A DNA stretch of 64,000 nucleotides. Source: an uncultured Chloroflexia bacterium. Its GTDB lineage: Bacteria > Chloroflexota > Limnocylindria > QHBO01. Of the stretch, positions 28,589 to 37,961 are shown one piece after another (position 1 is the first letter of the stretch; each line of letters begins with the position of its first letter). The notes under the pieces are model-generated. The model did not search any database, had not been told where the DNA came from, and saw only the letters and a list, made by a program, of their open reading frames with translations. The stretch is taken from the NCBI GenBank assembly GCA_963814375.1, contig CAWFCQ010000007.1, positions 160,001-224,000 of the forward strand, given 5' to 3'. Position numbers and translations under genes: made by a program.

Positions 28589-29638
28589 ATGCGACTCGGC
28601 CGCGGAGCGCGACGGGTATTGATGGTCGTCTTGGCGTTGCTGGTGTCGGTCTCGCCGATTCGGGCCGAGCCGGCCGCCGGGGCGACGGTCCTGCTGCCCA
28701 ACCTGCGCATGGTCCACATCAACCAGTACGACCCTCTGGTGATCCAGGTCGTGAACGGCAGGCGGCTGCTGCGGTTCACGACGATCATGGTCAACCTGGG
28801 GCAGGGACCGTTCGAGGTGCGTGGTCATCGAGCGAGCTCGTCGGTCCCGACGATGACTGCCACGCAGGTGCTCTACAACGACATCGGCAGCTCGAACGCC
28901 TATCCGGTGGGCGCCAAGATGCAGTGGTCCGGCGACGGCCACAACCATTGGCACGTGCTGGGAGCGATGTCGTACGAGCTTTACAACGCCAGCGGACCGA
29001 TCACCGTCCGGCGCGGCGCGAAGCTCGGGTTCTGCATGCTCGACTCGACGCCGTACAGCCTGGGACTGCCGCGAGCGCCGCAGGCACCGGTGTACCGCGG
29101 AGGAGGCTGCGGCAGCCAGACCGCGACGAGCCTGCGAACGGGCGTCTCCGTCGGCTGGGGCGACGAGTACCCGTGGAACTTCGCCTACCAGTGGATCGAT
29201 ATCACCGGCGTCGCGGCGGGCACGTACGTCCTGCGGGCCACGGCTGACCAGCAGAGCTTCTACTACGAGACGAACAACCTGGACAACTGCGTCTGGGCCC
29301 GCATCACGATCAACGCGTCCGGCTCGAGCGTTCCCGTCCAGGCCAGAGGTTCGAACTGCGGTCCGTCGTCGGTGACGTCGGTCTCGACCTTCCCCGGAGC
29401 GTTCACGTGGAGCTCGCCCCGCCGACTCGCGTTCGAGGCGGGCTCGTATGTCGGCTATCGCTTCAACTCGATCGGGACGGTGCTGCGGACAAAGACGATC
29501 ACGCTGTCTGCGGCGTCGGGGGCGAGCACGAGGGCGCGCGCCATCCCGATCGGGCAACCCACGAACTGGTTCTACATGGTCGACGGAGCGCTCGCCGGTT
29601 ATTGGGTCAAGGACACCGGCCGCATCGACATGCCCTGA
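28589..29638 (+). CDS. Secreted lysyl oxidase family protein with an extra C-terminal domain
   Basis: Signal peptide; LLRFTT..VNLGQGP; Cu-binding HNHWH; AKLGFCMLD (LTQ Lys); GWGDEY...QWIDIT (LTQ Tyr); ETNNLDN. Confidence 0.88.
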   Translation: MRLGRGARRVLMVVLALLVSVSPIRAEPAAGATVLLPNLRMVHINQYDPLVIQVVNGRRLLRFTTIMVNLGQGPFEVRGHRASSSVPTMTATQVLYNDIGSSNAYPVGAKMQWSGDGHNHWHVLGAMSYELYNASGPITVRRGAKLGFCMLDSTPYSLGLPRAPQAPVYRGGGCGSQTATSLRTGVSVGWGDEYPWNFAYQWIDITGVAAGTYVLRATADQQSFYYETNNLDNCVWARITINASGSSVPVQARGSNCGPSSVTSVSTFPGAFTWSSPRRLAFEAGSYVGYRFNSIGTVLRTKTITLSAASGASTRARAIPIGQPTNWFYMVDGALAGYWVKDTGRIDMP

Positions 29639-29641
29639 AAG

Positions 29642-29716
29642 TGGCTGGGGAGGAAGGATTCGAACCTTCGGTCTCCTGATCCAGAGTCAGGCGCCTTACC
29701 GCTTGGCCACTCCCCA
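29642..29716 (-). tRNA. tRNA-Gln (anticodon CTG)
   Basis: Reverse complement TGGGGAGTGGCCAAGCGGTAAGGCGCCTGACTCTGGATCAGGAGACCGAAGGTTCGAATCCTTCCTCCCCAGCCA folds as a cloverleaf with GTTCGA T-loop and encoded CCA. TACAAT -10 upstream near 29753-29758. Confidence 0.97.
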
Positions 29717-29914
29717 ACGCGCGCTCGACGAGCCGACGCTCGGAGCCGATCGATTGTAGCCGAGACCTCCCGCTCATGCCCCCAGAGCTCCCTGATTCCG
29801 GGCGCCCGCGCCACGGCCGTCAGAGGTCCGGGACACCCGGACAATGGGATTTGACAGCGGGAGTAGAACGGTATTGCCAGATCACGTGCCGGACCACCGA
29901 GAAGGAGGCCGTCT

Positions 29915-31006
29915 ATGGCAATCGATTCCAGCAAGGTCCCGACGGAGTTCCGTCGCCGGGCCGCCCAGCACCTCGAATCCCTGAAGGGGACGCCGATGGC
30001 GCCGTTTGGCGACGGGGCCGTCATCGGCAACGAGGTCTGGCCCATCTATCGCCCGGACCTCGACGAGCCGGCCTATTACGAGTTCTCGGTCGAGCTCGCC
30101 TCCAGCCACGTGCGGCTGGCCACCTCCGCTGCCAGCCTCGCGACGTTGCTCCAGCAGAGGGAGGGCAGCCGCGTGCGCGTAAAGAAGCCCGCTGCCAGAG
30201 CTGAACCTATCCGCGAGAGGCCGAGCGTGAGCGGGCGAGGGTTCATCGTCGTCGCGGCCGGTCCGCACGACTTCCCGATCCCGCACTGGAGCCTGGACCG
30301 ACCACCTATCAGCGCGCAGCTGGCCGCCGATGCCGAGGGCGGCGCGATCGAGCGGATCGTCAAGATCGACAGCCTGGCGTACGTCGGCGAGTCGAAGGAC
30401 GGGTCCTTGGTGGCCCGCGTCGGTCAGCTGCCCGCGCTACTGGCAGGGCTGCCGCACGATCTGAGCCGCGCCGACCGGGGCGTTTCGACGCTCGTCGCCG
30501 AGCCCGCGGTCTCCATCGCGAGCGACGATGCCGCCGAGGGGATCGAGCACAGCGCCAAGCGCGACGGCCCGCGACCAGCAAAGCTCGAGGCGGTCGGCGT
30601 CGACGACTGGGCGGGATTCCGGGAACGCTACCCCGACTCGTTCGGCCCGTTCTTGGATGACCTGCGTCGCCAGGCGGCCAGTGCGTGGGACGTCGAGGCG
30701 CTCATCGAGGAATTCGGCGAGGGGATCCGCGTCGGGCAGCCGCATCGCGTCGCCCTCCTCCAGGCCGACGCGGTCGTCGAGATCGGTGGACCGGCCGCAT
30801 CGCTGGTCAGGGCGAGCATCGATGAGCAGGGAGGGGCCGCCGCGCTGATCATCGAGGCGCCCGAAGGCACAGTGATCGAACAGGAGGCCGACCTCGACGT
30901 CGTCGTCCGCTACCCCGACGGCCTGACCGAGCGCCTCCGCTTCTTCGTCATCAGCGACGGCACGCCGTCGAACCGGCGCAGCAAGCCGGCCGAAGGGAGG
31001 GAGTAG
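29915..31006 (+). CDS. Hypothetical protein with C10-peptidase prodomain / Spi inhibitor-like motif
   Basis: AAGGAGG RBS; AYYEF...RGFIVVAAGPHDFPIPHWS resembles the GFVIVS.D....PILGYS prodomain motif of streptopain-family proteases. Confidence 0.6.
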   Translation: MAIDSSKVPTEFRRRAAQHLESLKGTPMAPFGDGAVIGNEVWPIYRPDLDEPAYYEFSVELASSHVRLATSAASLATLLQQREGSRVRVKKPAARAEPIRERPSVSGRGFIVVAAGPHDFPIPHWSLDRPPISAQLAADAEGGAIERIVKIDSLAYVGESKDGSLVARVGQLPALLAGLPHDLSRADRGVSTLVAEPAVSIASDDAAEGIEHSAKRDGPRPAKLEAVGVDDWAGFRERYPDSFGPFLDDLRRQAASAWDVEALIEEFGEGIRVGQPHRVALLQADAVVEIGGPAASLVRASIDEQGGAAALIIEAPEGTVIEQEADLDVVVRYPDGLTERLRFFVISDGTPSNRRSKPAEGRE

Positions 31007-31008
31007 CC

Positions 31009-31653
31009 GTGGCCTATTCCTATTGGTGGGCACCCGGCGCCCAGCCGCTCTACAACCAGTACAGCTACGGGGGATGCCAGATCGGCTGCGGTCCGGTGGC
31101 GTGGACGATGCTCTTCGGATGGGCCGATCGCCAGGCAGGCACCGGCAATTCCTACTGGGCCCCGCGCAATGGCCTCTACCGCCAGAACGGGGGCTACGGC
31201 GCCGATGCGCTCGCCCCGATCAACCAGGACCAGGGCATCCGTAATGTCATCCAGGAGGTCCGCGGCTACGTCGGCACCTTCTGCATATCGGACTCCGGGG
31301 CGACGTGGCCGTGGGAGATGGCCGACGCCTGGCTCTACTTCAACGGCCGCACCGGTACCCAGCTCCGGGCGGGCTGGAACAGCCTCGGCATCCACCAGGA
31401 CTGGCTCCGCGATCGAGCGCGGGACAGCATCAAGTACCGCGGCACGCCGGCGGTCATCGGCACCGGCTGGCTGAGCCACTACCCGATGGCGTTCGGCTAC
31501 GCCTACCAGGAGCGGACGGTCCGTTACTGCTTCATCTGGTGCTGGACGGACACCGTCTACGACCGATGGTTCTACGTGAACCAGGGCTGGGGTGGTGCCG
31601 GCAACGAGTGGGTCTCCGCGAGTACCTGGTTCGCGGGCGAGATCTTCCCGTAG
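31009..31653 (+). CDS. Papain-fold cysteine protease catalytic domain, peptidase C10 (streptopain)-like
   Basis: YNQ (oxyanion Gln), GCGPVAW (Cys), SHYPMAFGY (His), FYVNQGWGG (Asn). GGGAGGGAG RBS before GTG. Confidence 0.75.
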   Translation: MAYSYWWAPGAQPLYNQYSYGGCQIGCGPVAWTMLFGWADRQAGTGNSYWAPRNGLYRQNGGYGADALAPINQDQGIRNVIQEVRGYVGTFCISDSGATWPWEMADAWLYFNGRTGTQLRAGWNSLGIHQDWLRDRARDSIKYRGTPAVIGTGWLSHYPMAFGYAYQERTVRYCFIWCWTDTVYDRWFYVNQGWGGAGNEWVSASTWFAGEIFP

Positions 31654-31712
31654 CGCGAGCGACTGGAGGCTAAGGGCCGGCGTCGCTTGGGCTCGATCTA
31701 AGAGCGCGGTGG

Positions 31713-32459
31713 TTAGTCGCTGACCCTCGACACCGGCCGGGTCGCTCCCTCCCATAGCATCGTGAGCGCGGCACGCGCCGCCCCAGCTGGATCCGCGCTG
31801 GGCCTGGTCGGGTGCTCTGCCGAAAGACATTGGTTCAGCCATAGGCCCTCCCGCAGGCTGACGATGGCGCTGGCCACATCAAGCGGAGTCCAGGGAGGTC
31901 GAGGCTCCAGCTCGAATCGCGCAAGGGCAGGGCGGACGAGCTCACGTTCGATGCGTTCGGCGGAGTGCTGGAACTCGCGCATGCTGGGGGCTGCGATTCG
32001 CTCACTCCAGACGCCATACGGCACCTGGCTGAGCCACAGGACCCAGCTCATCGCGTAACCCTCTGCCGGCTCCATCCCATGAGATGGTCCTCGCCTCGCC
32101 TCGGCGGAGGCAACCGCCTCGATCCAGTCTTGCGCTTCCTCGAAAGCTCTCGGATCCGGGGGAACCGCAGCGTCCACATTCGGGTCGTCCAGCACAAGCG
32201 CCATCGCGTCCAGCTGAAACTGGCGTTGGCTCTTGAACAGGTTCGTGATGGCCCCGCGGCTCTTGCCGTCAGCGCTGGCGGCGACCTCCTCAGCGTTCAG
32301 CCGCGCGAAGGGGCCGACCGCGACGCGGCGCGCGTCGTCCTCCCGATCCAGGCGGCGCGCATCCAGTCGGATCTGGGTCAGGAGCGCCGTTTCGGCAAGC
32401 TGCAGGTAGCGCTTCTTTGCCTCATCGCGCGAAAGGGACGACCTGTGACGTCGCTTCAT
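31713..32459 (-). CDS. Divergent TetR-like transcriptional regulator
   Basis: HTH-like FARLNAEEVAASADGKSRGAITNLF; C-terminal EGLWL; divergent from the SMR gene; codon usage more AT-rich than neighbours. Confidence 0.6.
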   Translation of the reverse strand: MKRRHRSSLSRDEAKKRYLQLAETALLTQIRLDARRLDREDDARRVAVGPFARLNAEEVAASADGKSRGAITNLFKSQRQFQLDAMALVLDDPNVDAAVPPDPRAFEEAQDWIEAVASAEARRGPSHGMEPAEGYAMSWVLWLSQVPYGVWSERIAAPSMREFQHSAERIERELVRPALARFELEPRPPWTPLDVASAIVSLREGLWLNQCLSAEHPTRPSADPAGAARAALTMLWEGATRPVSRVSD

Positions 32460-32467
32460 TGGGCACC

Positions 32468-32516
32468 TTGACATACGGACGGTACGTATGTAACGCTACG
32501 TACCAACGGTATGCAC
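32468..32516. promoter_or_regulatory. Divergent promoter with inverted-repeat operators
   Basis: TTGACA at 32468 overlaps ACATACG-gacggta-CGTATGT (32471-32491); a second related site, TACGTACCAACGGTATGCA, follows. Confidence 0.6.
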
Positions 32517-32573
32517 GTTAGCGCATTTCGCCGAGAAGCAGAGACCAGGACGCGCGCCAGGAGGCCGATCGAC

Positions 32574-32948
32574 ATGTTGTATTTCGGAATGGCGGTGATG
32601 GCGGCGCTCGCGTTCACCGTCGGTGGCATCTTCATGAAACTTTCGAATGGCTTCACACAGCCGCTCCCCTCGCTGATCGTCCTGGGCCTGTTCGCGATTG
32701 GTGCAGCGATCACGGCGCTCGCGATCCATGTTCGTGGCGAGCTTGGACCCGCGTACCTGATCGTCCTCGGCCTCGAGGCCGTGCTTGCCTTCCTCTTCGG
32801 TGCCGCGCTGTTCGGCGAGCAAGCCAACCTGGGTCGAGTCGTCGGTCTCGCACTGTTGGTTAGCGGCATGATCCTGCTCGAAGGCTGTGCTTCATCGCCG
32901 CAGGACTCGCGGCTGCCGGCTGGGGCAATCGGTTCGCGTACAGCCTGA
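32574..32948 (+). CDS. SMR/DMT family small multidrug-type transporter
   Basis: AGGAGG RBS; 4 TMs, MKLSNGFT, AY....G, LFGE. The canonical TM1 Glu is not evident. Confidence 0.75.
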   Translation: MLYFGMAVMAALAFTVGGIFMKLSNGFTQPLPSLIVLGLFAIGAAITALAIHVRGELGPAYLIVLGLEAVLAFLFGAALFGEQANLGRVVGLALLVSGMILLEGCASSPQDSRLPAGAIGSRTA

Positions 32949-32962
32949 CCGGTATTGGCGGC

Positions 32963-33413
32963 TCAGTCCGCGTCCCAGCGCTCGTAGCGCGGCGGCCAGT
33001 CGTTGGCGCTGTCGCGCCGGCCGATCACTGCGCTCTCGATCCCGAAGGCGAAGAGCCGATACGACTCGTCGGGGCTGAACGACCACCCGGCAACGGCGGT
33101 GGCGCGGAAGGACTCGTCGGTCACCTCTCGGGCTCGGCCACGGACGAGGAACTCGTTGGGCACATCCGGATCGAGATGGGCGTGAAGCGCGTACCTGCCG
33201 TCGCTGACGAGGTCATCGAGCTTCGCCGACCGAAAGATGAAGGCGCACAGCACGTCACCCACGATCCCGACGCTGATCGGGTGAATCCGCGGTGCTTGCA
33301 CCGTCTCGGACAGTGGCGAGCATCGCCTTGCCGTGGCCGTCGCGCTGCAACAGCTCCCGTCCGGCCGATGCGATCCCGGGCGCGGCAGCCTCGAGCTCAG
33401 CCCAGCTCGCCAT
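32963..33413 (-). pseudogene. Pyridoxamine 5'-phosphate oxidase-like (split barrel) protein, frameshifted near 33297
   Basis: MASWAELEAAAPGIA...AMLATVRDG joins APRIHPI...SAKLDDL..DGRYALHA...EF.VRGRA when one extra base is removed. Confidence 0.8.
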
Positions 33414-34360
33414 GCGTTGCCTCCCGCGTGGGACCCGCCTGGTCCGCCTCCGCCGGCGCCTCCCGCGCATGGCGCCGGAGCGGGATCCGCCAGTTGACGA
33501 GCGCGATGCCGGCGATCACGAGGGCGGTGCCGAGGAGGAGGCGGGTATCGATCGGCTCGGAGAGGACGAGCGCCCCGAGCATGATTCCCCAGATCGGCAG
33601 CAGGTATGCGACGAGCGAGGTCCGAGTCGCGCCCCATCGGCCGAGCAGCCGGAAGAAGATCAGGTACGCAGCACCGGAGCCCAGGAGGCCAAGCCAGACC
33701 ACCGCCCCCAGCGCCTCCAGGGTAATACCCGTCTCCCACGGACGCTCGATCAGGAGCGCCGGGATCGACATCATCACCAGCGCGAAGGCGACCTGGAAGA
33801 GTGCCGGGATCATCGGGCGCAGGCCGCGGACGTTTCGCCTCGCATAGACACCGCCGATGGCGTACGACGCCGCCGCCGCGATAAGCGCCACCTCCGCAGC
33901 CAGCTCGCTGCCCGCCAGCGAGGCCGGGTCGAAGCCAACGACGATGGCGACGCCGAACCAGCCCGACGGCGATACCGAGCAAGCCGTTCAGCGTGATGCG
34001 CTCGCTCGGCAGGAACAGCGCCGCGAACGGGATGACGAAGAGCGGGACGGCCGCGGTGAGCACCGCCGCAAGGCTGGAGTCGACGCTCGTCTCGGCCCAG
34101 GTGATCAGGCCGAATGGCAGCGCAACGCTGAAGAACCCGAGCACCACGAGGTGGCCATACGTTCGGCGATCCCTCGGGAGCGCCTCGCGTGCGACCGCCA
34201 CGACGGTCGCGAGCAACGCCAGGCCGAAGAGGAGGCGGATCGAGACCAGCGTGAACGGTTGAAGGCCCGCTTCCAGGCCGATCTTGATGAAGAGGTAGCT
34301 GCTGCCCCAGAAGAAGCCGAGCAGGACGAAGAGGAACCAGTCGAGGCGGGCGGAGCTCAT
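33397..34360 (-). pseudogene. EamA/DMT family transporter, frameshifted near 33956
   Basis: LGFFWGSSYLFIKI, PFGLITWAE, ER. Second half (ASYAIGGVY, GSGAAYLIFF, LSEP) is in a shifted frame. Confidence 0.85.
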
Positions 34361-34611
34361 GGGGCCACCGGTGCTTTGTATTTCAAAGGATACGGCCAGC
34401 GGGCGCGCGGCGCGCCGTGTGTAAATCTGGAACGCGGTGGAAGGTCTCGCCGTGAGATCGACCGGATCGCGATGGTCCGCATCGGTGCGGTGCGGTCTCG
34501 GGCTGACGTAGGTAAGCCCGCGCATAGCCGGAACGGTCACTCGCCGAGCAAGCCCGCGGCTCGTACCGTCATCGGCGTTGGAGCCAGCCGTCTGACACGC
34601 GAAAGGGACCG

Positions 34612-34983
34612 ATGCAGGAGGTTCAACCGCACGAGTGGCGCAGGTACGGGTTCGGCGGTCCGCCGGAGCCGTGGGAGCATGGCGCCCAGCGCGACCTGGA
34701 TCGGCTGGCGACGTCGTACTACGTCGACATCCTCGAGACGCGGCGGATGATCAGCGCGATGCAGCCGGACGAGGGCGTGCGGGCGCGCGTCGAGGACCTG
34801 TTCGCCACCGCCACCCGTCACAAGCACGAGATCGACTACACCCTTCGCCACTGGGCCACGCCCGTGGAGCGTGTCCGCGTCGAGGACCGGCTCGGGTCGC
34901 TCATGCGCGCCGGCATGCGACTGCGCGAGATCCGAGAGGCGCCCATGGCTGGTCCGGCACCGGAGCCGCTCCCCGCAGCCTGA
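34612..34983 (+). CDS. Hypothetical protein
   Basis: AAAGGGA RBS; clean high-GC codon usage; helical 123 aa with no recognised family. Confidence 0.7.
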   Translation: MQEVQPHEWRRYGFGGPPEPWEHGAQRDLDRLATSYYVDILETRRMISAMQPDEGVRARVEDLFATATRHKHEIDYTLRHWATPVERVRVEDRLGSLMRAGMRLREIREAPMAGPAPEPLPAA

Positions 34984-35019
34984 GACTCGGGTCGCCAGGT
35001 CGCGTGCGACACTCTGGCC

Positions 35020-35994
35020 ATGCCCCGCTTCCCGACGCTCGCCGATGTCAACGCAGCGCGTCATCGGCTCGAGGGGATCGCGCAGCACACGCCGCTCGAG
35101 CCGAGCCCTGAGCTGACCGAGGCGACCGGCGCGGCCGAGGTGCGCCTCAAGCGCGAGGAGGTGCAGCCGACCGGCGCTTTCAAGACGAGGGGCGCGCACA
35201 ACAAGGTCGCGGTGGTGGCCGAGGAGCGCCCGGAGGCGGCACTGGTGACGGCGAGCAGCGGCAACCACGGGATCGCGGTGGCGACTGCGGCCATCCGCCA
35301 CGGCATGCGACTCACCGTGCTGGTCGGGCACAGCATCTCGCCGGCCAAGCTCGAGCGGCTGCGTGCGCTCGAGACGAGCCGCGTCACCGTGGAGCTGTCG
35401 GGGGACGACACCGATGCGGCCGAAGCCGAGGCTCGACGTCGCGACGACGCCGGCCAGGCGATCTACATCCCGCCCTACAACGATCCCGAGGTCGTCGCCG
35501 GCCAGGCGACGGTGGGGGTCGAGATCCTCGCGGACTGGCCGGAGGTCGACACGATCGTGGTGCCCATCGGCGGTGGTGGGCTGATCTCTGGCATCGGCCT
35601 GTGGGCGAAGGCCGTCAAGCCGGGGCTGCGCCTCATCGGCGTCCAGCCCTCCGCCAGCCCGCCGATGTACGGCTACTTCGCGACCGGCTCGACCGACCCG
35701 ATGCCGATCGCGCCGACGCTGGCCGATGGTGTCGCGGGCAACATCGAGCGCGACAGCATCACCTGGAAGATGTGCCGCCAGCTGGTGGACGAGGTCGCCG
35801 TGGTGGAGGAGGAAGCGATCGCCACGGCGATGCGCTGGGCGGTCGAGGTTCCGCACCTCCTGCTCGAGGGCAGCGCGGTGCTCGGAATCGCCGCCCTCCA
35901 GGCCGGGCAGTTAGCGGCGGCCGGACGTCGCATCGCGGTCGTCACCACGGGACGGAACGTGACGGCCGAGCTGCTTCGCGGCGTCCTGGCATGA
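35020..35994 (+). CDS. Threonine/serine dehydratase (catabolic type, PLP)
   Basis: LKREEVQPTGAFKTRGA, ASSGNHG, PIGGGGLISGI, ADG. No ACT domain. Confidence 0.9.
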   Translation: MPRFPTLADVNAARHRLEGIAQHTPLEPSPELTEATGAAEVRLKREEVQPTGAFKTRGAHNKVAVVAEERPEAALVTASSGNHGIAVATAAIRHGMRLTVLVGHSISPAKLERLRALETSRVTVELSGDDTDAAEAEARRRDDAGQAIYIPPYNDPEVVAGQATVGVEILADWPEVDTIVVPIGGGGLISGIGLWAKAVKPGLRLIGVQPSASPPMYGYFATGSTDPMPIAPTLADGVAGNIERDSITWKMCRQLVDEVAVVEEEAIATAMRWAVEVPHLLLEGSAVLGIAALQAGQLAAAGRRIAVVTTGRNVTAELLRGVLA

Positions 35995-36404
35995 CGTCCG
36001 AGGAGGCTCGCCGGCGGTTCGTGGAGGCACGCGTCGCCCGCCTCGCCACCGTTGCCGCCGACGGCTCGCCGCACATCGTGCCGGTGACCTTCGCGCTCGA
36101 GGGCGATCGAATCCTCACCGCGGTCGACGCCAAGCCCAAGCGGGGCGGGCGCCTCCAGCGCATCGCGAACGTCGGCGTCAATCCGGCAGTCTCGCTGCTC
36201 GTGGACGAGTACGACGCCGACTGGACCCGCCTGTGGTGGGCTCGGGCCGACGGGACGGCCTCCGTGATCACGGCCGGTGCGTCCCTCGACCACGCGCTGC
36301 TGCTCCTCGTCGCACGCTATCCGCAGTACGCCTCGACCGACCTCACCGGGCCGGCGATCGCGATCCGCGTCGACCGATGGAGCGGATGGAGCGCCGCCGG
36401 CTGA
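35991..36404 (+). CDS. PPOX class F420-dependent oxidoreductase (Rv0121-like)
   Basis: ARVARLATV..DG.PHIVPVTFA, AVDAKPK, LLVDEYDADWTRLWWARADG, RYPQY. Confidence 0.88.
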   Translation: MTSEEARRRFVEARVARLATVAADGSPHIVPVTFALEGDRILTAVDAKPKRGGRLQRIANVGVNPAVSLLVDEYDADWTRLWWARADGTASVITAGASLDHALLLLVARYPQYASTDLTGPAIAIRVDRWSGWSAAG

Positions 36405-36413
36405 CGCGCGGGC

Positions 36414-37341
36414 TCATTCCGAGGAGCCGATCCAGCCGAGCTCGTCATCGGCGCGCACTTCCAGCGGCTCGAGGCTGGTGAGGGCGCCCACCGCCAGGGC
36501 AAGCGCATCCCGGGCTTCCTGGATGGAGACTGATGCGAACGTCAGCGAGTCGCCGGTTCGCAGCTGGGCCACGCGACCGATGTCGGCCCGAATGACGCAC
36601 GCGGGCACGAGGTAGCCGCCCGTGACGGGGCGATCGGCGAGCATGACGATCGGGCGCCCATCGGGCGGCACCTGGATCGCCCCGAGCGGAAGCCCCATCG
36701 AGGGCACCTCGCCTCCCGCGACGGATCGGTCCGTCGAGGCGGACGCCGGCGCGATCGGCCTCGACGCCGACGGTCCACGTCGCCCTGATCAGGGCGTCGA
36801 CGCTTCCGGGATGTGGACCATCGACGATCCGGATCGGTCCGTCGGAGGCGGTCAAGCGCGCGCTGAACGCCCGCCCGTCGGCGGTTCGCGTTGGAAGGCG
36901 ATCACCGGCCCGCAGTGCCCGGCCTTCGAGGCCGCCGAACCCGGTCCGCAGATCGGTCGACGGCGAGCCGAGGACCGGATCGGCCACGAAGCCGCCGGCG
37001 ACTGCCAGGTAGCCGCGCGCCCCGTCGCCCGGGTCGAATCGGATCGTTTCGCCGGCGCGCAGACTGCGCGCCTCGCCCGGCGCGAGGGCGATCCCGTCCA
37101 CGTAGACGCTCAAGCCGCCCGCCGCGGCCACCACCATGGGCTTGTCCGTGCGGAACGCCGCACCGCCGAGCGTGACCTCGACCAACGCCGCATCGTCGGG
37201 GTTGCCGACGAGCCGGTTCGCCAGCAGCGCGCTCCAAGGGTCGGCCGCTCCGCCGACCGGCACGCCGAGGTGCCGCCAGCCCTCACGCCCGACGGCGTCC
37301 TGCAGCGACGAGAGCGGTCCCGGATCCAACACCTCGATCAC
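36414..37341 (-). pseudogene. pxpC: 5-oxoprolinase subunit C (allophanate hydrolase subunit 2-like), frameshifted near 36726
   Basis: LQD..GR, GAADP, ANRLVGN, GARGYLAVAGG, DRAGVRL. GAIQVPPDGRPIVMLAD..TGGY follows in the next frame. Confidence 0.88.
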
Positions 37342-37961
37342 GACAGGATCGGCTCGAAGCGGACCACGTCACCCGGCATGAGGTGGGCGGGCGGATCGGC
37401 GAGCGGGTCGAACAGCCGGATGCTCGTCCGCCCGATGATCGGCCACCCGCCGGGAAGGTCCGCTGGGTAGACCCCGGTCATCGGCCCCGCGACCGCGACC
37501 GAGCCCGTCGGGGTGTGCGTTCGCGGCCTGGCCAGACGGGGGACATGCAGCTCGGCTGGCAGGTCGCCGAGATAGGCGAATCCCGGCGCGAAGCCACAGA
37601 ACAGAACGCGCAGCTCGGTGGCGGCGTGGCGCTCGATCACCTCGCCGGCAGAGAGTCCGCACTGCTCGGCCACCGACTCCAGGTCGGGTCCATGCGCACC
37701 GCCGTAGACGACCGGGATCGTCCGTCGCCGTCCTTCCGGGAGCTCCCCGGAGACGGCCGCCAGGCGCGACTCGATGACCGCCCCGATCGCGTCGGCGGCC
37801 GCGTCCTGCAGCTCCAGCTCGACGAGCAGCGAGGCCAGCCCGGGGACGACGGCGCCGATACCCGCGATCGGCGCGGCACGCAACGAAGCGGCAAGCGCCT
37901 GCGCCCGGCCCGGACCGTCTGTCTCGACCAGCAGCGCAGACTCGCCGAAGTCGTGGATCAC
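37338..37961 (-). CDS. pxpB: 5-oxoprolinase subunit B
   Basis: GESALLVE, IPVVYGG..GPDL, GFAPGFAYL, PGGWPIIGRT. Confidence 0.92.
   Translation of the reverse strand: MIHDFGESALLVETDGPGRAQALAASLRAAPIAGIGAVVPGLASLLVELELQDAAADAIGAVIESRLAAVSGELPEGRRRTIPVVYGGAHGPDLESVAEQCGLSAGEVIERHAATELRVLFCGFAPGFAYLGDLPAELHVPRLARPRTHTPTGSVAVAGPMTGVYPADLPGGWPIIGRTSIRLFDPLADPPAHLMPGDVVRFEPILS

Noticed and set aside
29642-32950. Possible tRNA-anchored integrative island
   Set aside because: No integrase, and I saw no duplicated tRNA 3' end (att site). The unusual genes at 29.9-32.9 kb lie on the 5' side of the tRNA.
34495-34512. CTGACGTAGG as a fifth copy of the TACGTC box
   Set aside because: Only the half-site matches; the second half and the spacing do not.
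33290-36730. Programmed ribosomal frameshifting in PPOX, EamA and pxpC
   Set aside because: No slippery heptamers or shared context; single-base insertion errors are the simpler explanation.
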